DNA of 64,000 nt from Tubulanus polymorphus (taxonomy: Eukaryota > Animalia > Nemertea). Within the stretch, counting starts at the first letter, position 1. Every line of letters starts with the position of its first letter. This document shows, piece by piece, positions 25,634 through 42,744 of this stretch. Position numbers and translations under genes: made by a program. The stretch spans positions 11,440,451 to 11,504,450 of the forward strand of contig NC_134035.1 in the NCBI RefSeq assembly GCF_964204645.1, given 5' to 3'. A model generated the notes under the pieces. That model was not told where the DNA came from and did not search any database. It was given only the letters and a program-made list of their open reading frames with translations.

Positions 25634-28600
25634 TTAACAAAAATGGCGGCAGTTATAACAAGGATTGGTCTGTACGTCAGAGATCTTCTGCGGCATCGGA
25701 ACTCCTTTAGTTTCCGGTAGGGGCAAGACTAACAACGCCGCTAAAAATCCGATACCGCCAAATATTAATCCCGGTATCTGAGTTACATCAGACTGAAAAA
25801 TAAAGAAAACAAACGTTTCACGACACCCTATACCGAAATTGATGCAAAATGTGTTTTGGAAGATTGTCTCGCAATTACTTAAAAACTAATAAAGATAATT
25901 GAAAACTGTAAAAGGTATATAAGACCACATACAAAATGAATTCATTACCGAATAAAGGATCAGTGGGGCAACAATCGAACCAATGCGTGCGCACGTCGAA
26001 GCCACACCCAAAGCCCTGTTCCTGTAATGAAGAAAGGGCATTGACGAGTTAAAGCTGGGCACTTTAACATCGATAAAATGCGCTATAACGCGTTGAGTAT
26101 TTGCTATTTTTAACCCTCCAATCCCTCTGAAAGTTGCAATGTACATTATACTTATTTACCTGAAATTAGTGGGGAATATTTCAATGGTGTGAATGGACAG
26201 TGCACAATAGGCAGCCGCGCTAAAAAACTTTCCTAAAGTGTTCAATGTCATCAAAAGCGGCACAAGGTCAACACTTCCTGAAACACAACGATTATTCATC
26301 AATATTGATTCTCAGTTTCAGGGCCCATTTTTACAGTTGTGACGTGAGATTCGGCTCTACTGTTAAAGCATTAACCGTTATAGAATTTACTAATGATGTT
26401 GAACCAAGAGAACGGATTTGAATATATTGATGATTGAATTGAATTGATCGGTGACCAGTCTTGCCCCGATGTATTGATGACGGTGTATCGATAATTCACA
26501 TCCTCTCAAATACGACGATTGAAATTTATTCGAAAAAAATAAGGATAGAGTGATAGAACTATGATTCAATTACGAAAAAACCGTCAAAATTAACAATTGG
26601 AATTGTCTTACGCCATTTTTGATGACGTATAGTGCAGAACCCCTTAAGATGCATACTATGTATATAACATCATTCTAACGGTTTTTTCCGACGTCTTAAA
26701 ATCGGCGCCTACCAAACTTTTCAGGAACAAGATTAGCCGCCACCAGCGAAACGCCGGTTAGACTGTACGCTATTATCATTGTTGGTCGCCTCCCAAAACT
26801 GAAAAAAAAAACATCGACATTTTGACAAATAACCTTCTACGTAGCGAAACAATATTGTGAGTTTATTTCATTCTCGAATGAAAATTGAGAACGAACATAC
26901 CGGATGAGCATGAAATGGGTGACGAGATAGCTGGGCAACTCGACGACTGCGCTGAGCATGAAATTAACGAACCGATTTCCGACCATCACAGACGTGCCTA
27001 AAATCATACCGTAGTATTGAAAACTATTACAGCACCTACAAATAAAGAACCGTACTCTGCTTTATACACCCGATTGATAGAATGCTGCTATCGTGAATGG
27101 TTATTTCAAACATCAGTAAAACACTTGTAACAATAATGTTTGTCTATTGGAAATGGACAACGTCCGAAGAAAATTCGCTCTCTGATGTGTTGAATGCTGT
27201 GCGCAGGTTTATACACTTTTAGGCGCAGACGTCAAATCCGGTGAATAAAAATGTTACTGTAAACCACGAAGAAAGAAATAACCACGATTAAGCATGTTTT
27301 CATGGCCCAACTATTAATCTTTCCAGTGGGCTTCATGTTCCTGTTGAAAGAATGGCAATTGTGCTATCATAAACACGGGAACATGGGCTATTGTCACAAG
27401 TCCTTAAAGGCAACAAATACATTATCCTTCACTACTCATTTTTATAAATGTTTCACCTCAGACTCTCCTGAACATATATTCACAACTTACCAAATTAATG
27501 ATAGAATTACTAAGTAGGCACTCAATGATCGATGTTTCATAATTTCTAAATAGCCGATATCTTGAGATTTAGCTTTCTTTTTGCAAGAAAACATCCGTTT
27601 TAATACAGCTATGTTTCTGGAAAGCATAAGATTTCTTTTCGTTCGATCATGTCTATGTTCTGAAATTATATTTAAACAGACACGCTTAAAACATTTAACT
27701 TAAATCTGATTAGAATTTCTAAGGTTACTCATCATTTCAATAGAAGAATAGCGTACCATCGTTGATTACTTTATCCTCTTTTGAGAGTAGCGTAATAACG
27801 CTATTTCGTGGGCAAGGAACTTTATTTCGTTTGGACGCTTTTTCAAGAATTCGATTCGCCTCGTCGTGTCGTGAGTTGGCCACGAGCCAGGGGATCGATT
27901 CGTCGTAGACCCTGAAAAATACAAAACACAGAGTTAACCTAAACGTACCGAAAGTGTTATGATAAAAACGTTGAAAAGTATACGAAGAATGGGAAACTCA
28001 GAAGGTCAAAACGGCGATACCATAGTAATACAACCGCTTGAACCTTGTCGATGGTTTAATGGCAGTAACAGTGCAATGCGCTAAGATTTTTAAGAATAAA
28101 AACAAAATAACGAAAGTAAACGGATAATTTTGTTACAGCAAAACTCAAGAAAAAAATTAAGGTATATTTTCATCAAAATAGCATTGACGTTTCATAATGA
28201 AGGAACTTAGATTTGTCTACTGTAGATTCTCTATTTCTAAGGGTTTATTCATATTCATTAGTTCTACTCCCAGCGCACCAACCACGCACGTACCATATAC
28301 CCAGAATGGCGGACGCCAATAAACAGGACGCTAATATTTGAAAATGCTGACATTCACGATTGAATTGGCGAAAGGTCGTTGCTTCGTCGGGAAACATTCG
28401 AACACCAAAACATAGCCACACAAAAAGCTGCCCTGAAGGAGATAAAGAGGAATTTGCGGGGTGAAAATGATAGTTAAACATGATCAAAATCTGAAAGATA
28501 GCCAGTAGCCGGTTGCTTTATATCATTCAAAACATTATTGAATCATCTAAGGTTCTACAACCATTTTAACAACTTAGGAGCTCAGTGTCAGGATGTGTGA

Positions 28601-30222
28601 TATTTTTTTCAATTAAGTTGCAACAACTAAGCAACTTTGCCCACAGACCAGTTGCGCAGTCAAGGTACATCATAGTTCTATAACCAATCTCGCAATCTAA
28701 GACCAGTCTTAATATTATGTCAATATTTGGTCCAACTTGCGTAACTGTATAACTAAGCCCATATGGTTTAGCTGCACATATGTCTTATGTTGTAAGATGA
28801 GCTAAAGAATAAGTTTAGCCTGATTTTTGGTCTTGAAATTAAAGCGTCTCTGCAACTGAACCTTGGTTTTCTCATCGCAATAATTCATACCATGGTGGCT
28901 GTACCGGTGAAGAATCTCGTTATTATGAAGACAACTGGATTTACAACAATTCCTCCGATCAGATGCGACATCGCGGCAACAACTCCTATAAACGACGATT
29001 GAAAGTATTTATAAAAGTGGCTATTCTTGGCAAAACAACCTATACCCCAGTTCTAAAGTCGCTAGTTAGGTCCGAAGCAACGATGAGTATTTATTAATGT
29101 CCAGTTTCTCAAAAATATCCAATATTTCGATGAATGCTGAATGCTTTATTTTACATATAATTTACAGCAAAATGTAGATCGTTCAATATCTTTGTTGATC
29201 CATTTTCTGCTAAATTCATGACACAAATCGGTTCCCGCATAAGTCAAATCGGATTTATTTCAATATATATTTTCTAATAATCGATTTCATCCACTCAGAA
29301 CTTTGTCATTATCCATCAAATACTAAACTATGCTAGAGTCTGAAAACCATGGCTCCACATCGTAATGAAAAAGTACCTGTGACAATCGATGTATATTTAC
29401 GACCGAAGTAATCGGCAAACGGCGAGAAACAAAAACTACCAAACAACACGCCACTGTAGTATACCGTCTGCGCCATTGAATTCATGATCGCCTTGTCGCA
29501 TACCCAGGAAAACTGTTCAAAGAGAAAAAAGGGAAAGTAACGGCCTCGCTTATCCGAAATTGCCAATTTAATCAAAAATACATCGTTTGATTTGAAACAT
29601 ACCTCCTCAATGATTGTGTAATAACCATCGGAATCGTAGGTGTAGCCGTTCTGACACGGAACAGTCGTATTTCTGTTCGTTTGTCCCGGATATTCGTACA
29701 TATTGCATTTATCCATCGACGAAGCGCCGCTGTTCGCGTCGATCACAAACGGAATCGTCTGATTCAACGTGAAGTTCTTACCGTCGACCGCACAGTGATG
29801 TGGTGGGGTCCAGCCTATGGAAGTGTAATTTAAAACTTTACCGCTAAACCGTGAGCTTTGGCAAGTCTGAATCGTTATAGAACAGCATAATTTTAACTCT
29901 ATAGCCTTTTTGCTGTGGTGGCGATTTCTAATCTTTCCATCGAGGGAAATTATGGTTATTAGTATCACGAGCGTATTGAAATGTAAGTTTAGGTAAATAT
30001 AAAACACTGATTCTAATCTAAGCTGTATTATTTCAAATATAATGTGCAGGCGACAGTTTCTGCGAGAGAATAACAATATCTTTAGCATTTACCTTGAAAC
30101 ACTATTCCCAAACTTGAGAATGCCGTCGCGAAACTGGTGCAGAAACCGACCAAGAGCAGATGCATCATTTGCCATCGTCCGTACTTTCCGAGAGATTCTA
30201 ATACTTCGTCGATGTTATCCAT
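25634..30222 (-). pseudogene. SLC22-family transporter, copy 2, frameshifted in exon 5
   Basis: Same exon structure as copy 1, but exon 5 (about 28294-28433) is 58 nt shorter, losing TM5. The spliced frame reads ...PFANSIVNVSIFKY*. The other exons I checked are open. Confidence 0.8.
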
Positions 30223-31248
30223 AATAATTTTTTCTTCCATTCTTGTCTTAATCGTAACCCCCGCAGGTCCTCGGTTTTCAAAACTTGTATTTGTATGAAC
30301 TCGGAATCGATTCGAATTCTAAACTTTCGATTGTCTACGCAAGTACAGTGTATTTCTGTTTCTATTCAATGTTTCCGTGCAATCCATTTCATAGTTTCAG
30401 CCCTCGTGAAATATTCCGAGTTGATCGAAGTATATATAGAATTAAGGTGCGACATTTTTTTTTGTTCTATGACCTAAGTTAGTGCATATAGGTAATGGTA
30501 ACATAATGGGTTATTAAGAAATAATACCCGACCCTATTTAGTTTGACGGCCATTATCATGTACATCATGCTATTCGAATATCTAAAGCGACACTTAGCCG
30601 TTTTGAGGACAGAAAAAAAATTCGTCGCAAAAATCTATTGAAACGAATATATTGAAAGTCCTGTTTCCCTGCATGAATTTTAAAAGGATGTTCTGTAGCA
30701 ATCCGGACTCGACGTTCGGCGCCATGTGGAAAACAGGATTGATATGTTCGTCATGGTCACGGCTATAGTCACGGTCATACTCGCATTCATGTTGGATGCG
30801 CTCTCACGAGCGTTGAAATCCACTAATCCACCCTCCATAGGATTTATGCAAAACCAAAAAACTGAACTATCTATTACGTATAAAGTTTGAGCATGAACGT
30901 ATTTTGGTTTGCTCTGCTCTCGTCTGTTTTTGTCTGGTTGTCACTGACCAGTTAATGAGGTCAGTCCACGTGACATATGTTTACAAACAAATTCGATGTT
31001 ATGGTGAATGGACACATTTCTCAGGTTCGTTCAGTAAAAAGCGTCACTTGCAAAAATGGCGGCGTCAGTCATACGTGTAGTTCAGTAAATGGACACTATT
31101 CGGGTAGATATTATCCAAAACGGCATCCAAAATGGAGCAGTTTTTATCTTATTTCAAATCCCCCTACCCGATCGATGAAGAAACTTTATCTCTACGCATT
31201 TTAAAACTTTATTTCCGACAGAATCAGTGATTTTGAAAGCAACAATGA

Positions 31249-35722
<4,474 letters not shown>

Positions 35723-37387
35723 AACCTTTTCTCATCTATAAATCATTGATAATCAATTTAGGTTGTTAATTAGGAAAGCATTGTCATAAGATTATGTCAA
35801 GGAGTTTCAAAAACCATACTCGCAGGTACAATGCGAGTGTGACAAGTTCTTACCAGATGAGTTTCCAATATAAAAAAAATTCCTCACAGGTCCTACGTGA
35901 AGCAAATGATGCCACGCACATAAGTTTATGTCGATGCAAATGACGCACATATATGAACACAGCATGACACAGGATACATATGTAATTCTATAATCAATGA
36001 ATGACTGATCAGACTGAAGATGATTATTTTTGTAGTTTCTACAGTTAAATACAGTCCTCAATGACGTCGGATGATGACGTCACTATCGTGATCATGACGG
36101 TAGGAGAAATCGAAAGGCATCATGTAAGTATTTATTCAGAGTGAAGTCTTTCAGTGATTTTAATTTGAATACAGTCACGCACTATGGATCCAGTTCCACA
36201 GTCATGATTTAGAGTTAACTCCGAGTTAAAATCAGTTTATTCTCAATGAGTTAACTATGAGTTGAATTTTAACTCACAACTGTGGAACTGCCTCCTGAAG
36301 AAAAGCATTTCTATCTTACCGAATTAATTTGGTAACGCCTCTGAATGAAACAGAATTTTCGCTATGTTTTAGAGACAAACTCACTCCACGAAGCGTTGCC
36401 CCAACGGTTCCGTTTATAAACAAAGCACTTTCAGATTACCACGAAAAGTTCAGGAAAGTTCTTCATCCAAAATTAAAACGTATAATTCATCACACGGACG
36501 ATCACTTTTATTCATCTATATCCTAAAGCATTACAATTACCAATGCAAATAAGAGGATTTATCATCTATGTTTAACCCAGTTCCATAGTTCTGTGTTAAT
36601 AGATGACTGTAGAGCTTAAACATTCAATATTCATTGAAATGAAGAAATTTTTAACTCTTTTGAGTAAAATTACGGACACTAATTAGGCTTTGTCTAGGCG
36701 GAACCCGTTAATCCGTGTTCCGCTCAGGCCTAACATGTACCCGATTAATAACGATAATTAGTCGGATGATTTTACTAATTCGTAAATAGTATGATAAATA
36801 AATGTATGACTGGGTTACTTACATTATAGTGGAATGGATGATGTATCACCGAGCTGCTTAGGATAATTACGACTACAACAACGTAATATGAATTCGTCTA
36901 CAACTATGAAAAAAATATCTCAGTTTCTAATTTTCACCGAACAATGAAATAAAACGAATGCATTTACGAGGTTTACCCCGTCCAATAGAAACATACAAAA
37001 CGCATTGAAATACGGTGTCAGTTGCCTTGCCTAGGTCGCGCGTATATTTTTTTCAGAAATCGCAGCACAAAGGATTAAATATCAATACATGCAAAAATTG
37101 GTGCAAATAATGGGCAATAGATAACCGCACGTGTTACTTTAAAAAAAACAACATTTAAACAATCTTTCCAAATGCGAAAATTATCTCCATTTACGTACTT
37201 ATAGGCAAATTGGTAAAATCCGTTGAATTTTGAATCGTAAATAGTGCATTCGAATATATGCGAACTATTTATTTGACGCACGAACTTTCGCTACTAATGT
37301 ATAGAAGCCTCATCGGGTGAATGAGTGACGAAGCTTCTATACATTAGTAGAGAAAGCTCGTGCGTCAAAATAGTTAACCTATATAGT

Positions 37388-37717
37388 CAGGGGCGGATAC
37401 AGGATTTTATAAAGGGGGTGGCTGTTGTAGGTTTAGTAATGTACGAGCGGGGGATGGGCCCAACGCATGCGATGCCCAACGCATGCGAATTTTCGCGAAT
37501 TTCCATTGTTTAAAGTTGACCCATGGGCCCATACGACTAGGCTACTGTCTGGGTTCCAGACCAGAGAATTTTGAAAAATAATTTGAACAGAGACGCGTTC
37601 AGGGCCATTCTCACGAATGAAGAAATTATGAATCAAGAAAATATAGGTGTTTAAAATTTTCTTTTTTTTTGGGGGGGGGGCTAGCCACCTCGTGCACCCC
37701 CCCTGTATCCGCCCCTG
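37388..37717. mobile_element. hAT-like MITE with 5-bp TSD
   Basis: ATAGT|CAGGGGCGGATACAGG ... CCTGTATCCGCCCCTG|ATAGT. Confidence 0.8.
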
Positions 37718-37829
37718 ATAGTACTACTCGTCTCGTTATTTATTCGCTATATACTCTATGAATACATTTAAATAAAGGCTAACGTGGTTGGGATGCAGGG
37801 AGGAATGGTGGTGTTGTCATTAACCGCCT

Positions 37830-40765
37830 TTAATCGCCGCTGTCTTGGCTCGAAATTCGGGATACCTTCGTCGATGAGCTACGAATGCTATCCGACCTGG
37901 CGGGCGTGCCGCAGAACGGGAAAATTACGCGAACCATGTCGCGGAAACGCTTTCCAGAGACGCAGTACAAAAAGAAGTTGATGGCAAAATTTATCTGATA
38001 GAAGAAGAAGCAAAACGCCCGAATCCATTTCAACGTGAACCTTGTTTCCATGAAGGCTACGTAGTCGATCAGGGCCTGGCCGTCGGTGGCGACTGGTTTC
38101 TTGTAGGTGGCATTGTAGAACAACTCAACCGACTGTGTGATACCGAGCGGTAGGATCAAAATAAGATACGTGGTCGACACGAGAAGAAGAACTTTCGTGA
38201 TCCTGGTCTGCGATTTGCCTGGTATTGTCTTCTTGGCGTTATTCGAGGAGGCAGCGGTCATCGCTTGTTGGGCGTTTGCACTTTTCTTCAGTGAAATCAA
38301 GATGATACTGTTAAGAATGATGATGATCACACACGGCGTCCACGTGTTGACGGCTACGTACAAATAAATGATTTCCGGTATTGACGAGCGACTCGTACGA
38401 CAGGCCTTGTACCCGAAGACGCTATCGCCCTCGAACCCTGTCACGAAGATCTTGTGGCAAGCGACGACGACTATGACTATTGTGACGATGACGATTATCT
38501 TCCTGGCTTTCGACACTGTACACAACGTTTGCACTTTGAGCGGTCTCAGGACGGCTATGGCGCGCTCGATGGTCATGCATACGATCATCCAAACGCTGAG
38601 AATGTTGAAAATCTCCACCCCGACCGAGTGTACTTTGCAAAGCGTCTCGGATTCTTGAAAAGCTTTGTTGATCGTGTCCGGGTTCTGTCCGCGAAGTACG
38701 CCGACCAAAAAGTTGAACAGCAGCGAGCAGGTGTCGTAAATGGCCAGGGCGGCTAGATAGTTGTTAGCGGACACCTTCCGCATAAGCGGATTCAGAAGGA
38801 CGATTAGTGCCAAGATGTTGCAGACGACACCGACCACGACGATCAGTACGGTGCCGTAGTGCAGTAGGAATTTGACGGCGTTGACGAAAGGTTTGAACGA
38901 TTTCCAGAATTTCAGTAATTGACACGGCCACTCTGCCCGTACGTCGGCAGTAATCGGAACGGAATTCAGTTCATCAACTATTTCGAAGGTTACGCTGCAA
39001 TTCGACCTGAAAATATAACCATGCGTCTTTTGCATTTTCGAATAACCTAAGCACTTTTTTCTTTGCAACCCCATTCAAAGAAGACTTTTGGGCAATCATT
39101 CAACATAGTGTAAAATGGATTAAAAATCGACTTTTTAGTTCAGCTGCATATCTAGCTGTGCTGGTCCTTTACGACCTATTTATACATAGGTATAAACATG
39201 CACATGTACTACTACCCGTTTTTGGTCGGGCCAAACAGGCTAGGGCCCATTTTGGCACCCGTGTTGAACAGTTGTTCCGGGTCAAATTTGGTCCGGGCCA
39301 AATTTGACCTTGGCAAAAAACGCTCGTGTTATTCGCGGCTATAATTTGGCATTTTGGAGCAAATTATTGAATTCTCTGTTTGTTAGAAATTCTGTTAATT
39401 CGACCGATCATCGGACTATATCTGATGTACTTCGATAAGAGGGATTATTTCCTATAGTGCAATATCAAGACGAGTCTAAGATTAGTTTAAGTACTTACCA
39501 GTCACGAGACATCGTTCGAGGTTGTTTTGACGGTTGGCTCCTCGTGGTCGCTTCCGACGCGTCCGTGAATCCATCATTAGTCGTATTCTGAAATGACAAT
39601 CAAGATATATGTTTACAAACATGGATTTCGATTTTAGACATAGATAAATAAACATGGCTTGCTCTGCGTGGTAATTTCCGTTTCTTCGCGGCGAAGAAAC
39701 GAAACAAATCAACCATTTATATAAACATTAGTGGATAAGCAGTTAATGTTTACCTTTACCAGTGGTAAGATTGAGTTGTACTGTTTGCCATGCTTTAGTT
39801 GGCATGGAACGTTTAATGCGCTGAATGTTTTTTTCTTTACTCGGCCCGAATCAGCCACCATAATATGAAATAAGATAAAATCCCACTATTTACAAATTAA
39901 AAGAATTTAAAAACAAGAATTTATTTATTAAATCTAAAATATTTAAAAGACACGACGTTTCGATCTCACCCTAGAGATCAACGTCACCTGACGATGATCT
40001 CTAGGGTGAGATCGAAACGTCGTGTCTTTTAAATATTTTAGATTTAATAAATAAATTCTTGTTTTTAAATTCTTTTAATCTGTAAATAGTGGGATTTTAT
40101 CTTATTATCCGTTCACCACGTTTGAGTGTGGTTATCGTTCTATAATATGAAATGTTTGTTATTTTCAGATTTCTAGTAACACATCTGTTTCACGCAAAGC
40201 TCCATTCATTCAAGTGTCATTAGACGTTTTTTGATACGGGGTCTTCATCTTGTAAAGAAGCGTGCTTCAAATCTCGGTGAAAACTAATTCGCCCGGAAGA
40301 AGTTTCTAATATAAAATTTATATTTTCTTCATGTTCCCTGGACGTTTGCCTGGCATTGAAATTGTTAACAAACTGTCCAATACAAATATCAAAATAATGA
40401 ATTCACACAATTTCAAATAACGGAAAAGAGAGTAGCAAGGAGACTGAGTTCTATATGAGCTATTTATCAAACATGCTTTGAAGATGGCTCATAAAATTGA
40501 ATCGAACGACACGTCACTTACTCTCTTAGTTTACCTCCAAAATTCCGTTTATTTTTCTTCAATTGAATAATCGACTAATAGACTCTTTTCTATGAAAACT
40601 GACTAATATGTTGTGTCTGAATAATGTATTATCAAAGATAAATCTTATGAATCTTACCGCATTTTCATCTGCGCTTTTCGTTGAAATAGTCGAGGTTTCG
40701 GCCATTATGCCCACGAAAGTAGCTAATAATAGCAACATAAACACGGCTAATCCTCTGGACTTCAT
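37830..40765 (-). CDS. Class A GPCR of the FMRFamide/myosuppressin/sex-peptide receptor and GPR139/142-like group, 457 aa, with signal peptide
   Basis: Exons 40765-40658 (MKSRGLAVFMLLLLATFVGIMA..., phase 0), 39587-39499 (phase 2) and 39006-37830 sum to 1374 nt in frame. Seven TM helices with GxxCN, LAxxD, ERA (DRY position) and NFAINFFLY (NPxxY position) plus SGKRFR. Confidence 0.88.
39872..40141 (+). mobile_element. Penelope-like retroelement foldback insertion (inverted pLTR plus tail)
   Basis: 118-bp inverted arms 39869-39986 and 39989-40106 with 2 mismatches, an unpaired 35-nt 3' tail, and a 12-bp TSD ATAATATGAAAT at 39860-39871 and 40142-40153. Confidence 0.75.
39988..40026 (+). ncRNA. 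Minimal type I hammerhead ribozyme motif
   Basis: CUGACGA-U-GAUCUC-UAGGGU-GAGAUC-GAAAC-GUCGU-GUC: core boxes CUGANGA and GAAA, a 6-bp stem II and candidate GUC cleavage triplets. Stem III is minimal and stem I is not evident. Confidence 0.6.
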
Positions 40766-41444
40766 TTCCGGTTGTGAGATGGATTAGATCTTAGAGATGC
40801 GCGTGCGTCTAGGAAGGTGGACGTCGCGAGAGTGCGGCTGTAATTGATGGACGGTTTGCTTTTATTCTCGGTTTCACCCAATTTCAGTTGGATTCACTCA
40901 ACCAAGTGATAACACGATGTTAAATGAAACGCCATTCATCTTTGGTACACGCGGTATTATTGGTATTATTGTTTTAATTAGGTGTGATATCGCCCATCGA
41001 TGGCGAATTCATCCTCGTATCTCTTGAATTATCACGCTCAATGTTCCGCTAATGAACGTATCAAAATAGGCTTCTGCTCGATATTGTCATCCGTGGACCG
41101 AGCAGCGACCGAGGGCCGGAATCATAGACGCAGAGATTTCAAAACTTCGATAAGCTCTGAAATCTAGAAGTTGTGAAATCTATCCCACACCCATTTGTCC
41201 CATCTTACGTTGAAATTCGCAGATTGAAAAAGTGATATTTGCTCGTTCAATACATTCAACCTCCGATAAACCGCCGATAAGTGATTTAGGATGTTGGCGG
41301 TGTAGAGTATAATGGCGGTAATGTCGTAGGTTCATTTTGGTTAATAGTCTCAAGGCAAAATACCGGATGGGGATGGTTTATCAGGGATTGGTATATCGGG
41401 GTTGGCTGAATTCATTCACATGGATACATCTTCCTATTGGTATA

Positions 41445-41640
41445 ATGACCACACTCAAACTTGGAGAACAGATAATAAGATTAAAACCCACTATATACAG
41501 ATTTAAAAAGATACCTGATAATGATCTCTACTGAGGGTTTGGAACGTTGGGTCTTTTCAATTCTTGATTAAACAAATTCTTGATTTTAAACTTTTAAGTC
41601 TATATATACTGGGTTTGTACCTTGTTTTCCTATTTCGCTG
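41445..41640. mobile_element. Older copy of the same Penelope-like family
   Basis: 41445-41510 is the reverse complement of 40071-40137 (arm end plus tail). It is followed by a degenerate hammerhead CCTGATAATGATCTCTACTGAGGGTTTGGAACGTTG at 41514-41549. Confidence 0.65.
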
Positions 41641-42271
41641 CACAGTGATGTCTAGGTAGTGAAACTGTAAACACGACTCCGGTATCCGTTAAAAGAGGTG
41701 ACGTCAGACCCCGAAAAGCTTGCGAGAATGGAAGCTCGCATAAACCAGGATCAGGTCATCCAACTGTGACGTCAAGAATACAACAATAAATTTTGAAAAC
41801 ACGATTTGCTACTTTTGGGAACAAACGATTTATTCAATATTTTTCTCGGATGTTTTTCACTTACAATGTAGCACCAATGAATTTTCAGTATGTACTATGT
41901 AACGATAATTAGCAAGAGGCTAGTTACAGTGTCGTATAGTCAAATCACGTAATAACGATTCAATGTAATTACCAGTAATCCAGCAGTAATTACACTACTA
42001 CTGATAGTCGCAGCACCGATGTCGCTACATTTACGGGATTTTACGATTACGTTTGATTACGCCTTTTTCGCGCTGTCGAACAGCGAGGTGATAAGAGATG
42101 CATAGCCACTGCGCTCTGAGAACATTGCGCGTCGGATCTACAGTTATCATGTTAACTTGTCCTTTTTTCAATCGAATATTTCACTGTCTAAAATATGTTT
42201 TGCTATGAGAGAAATACATTGGGCGTTTTTTTTGTAATGTGTTTAGTTGGACGCAACAGCGCCATGGGAAA

Positions 42272-42540
42272 CATCCTACCCGGCAGGGATTACAACCTGA
42301 TGGCATCAATAAACCCAGCCACACTACACCGGTTGCACAGGTGCATGGCAGCGCAGGTTTGCCGCACGAAAACTTTGCCAGATCAGATTGCCCATCGCTG
42401 AGGCAAATTTCCTGGATAAACTATAAATGGAGAAATCTGGGCGTAAATAAAACAGGATTTTCTGATTGGCTAATGATAACAAAATCTAAGCTGCGTGGCA
42501 GGGTTTCGTACTTTGGCGAGGTTTAAATCCCTACCGGATG
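42272..42540. mobile_element. MITE with tRNA-like TIRs, older copy
   Basis: CATCC...GGATG ends, 8-bp TSD ATGGGAAA/ATGGGTAA; internal sequence collinear with 55318-55656. Confidence 0.7.
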
Positions 42541-42744
42541 ATGGGTAATATTTCGATGGCCCTTATCAGCCACCATACAAACCTACTTACCATACTGCCA
42601 ACATGGCCACAAAATCATCATTATCTTATCTATGTTCTTATCAAACATATACTAATAATATCATAACAACGGACTGGTATTGATGTACTGACGATGGTCG
42701 CATTTCGGCTTCTAATGGTTAATGGCTTTAAGAAATCGACGACG

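Noticed and set aside
29333-30088. 251-aa ORF
   Set aside because: Read-through of SLC22 copy 2 exons 2-3 and their introns, not a separate gene.
39007-39074. ORF-track N-terminus MGLQRKK... of the GPCR
   Set aside because: Lies upstream of a good acceptor at 39007-39009; two upstream exons give an in-frame signal-peptide start.
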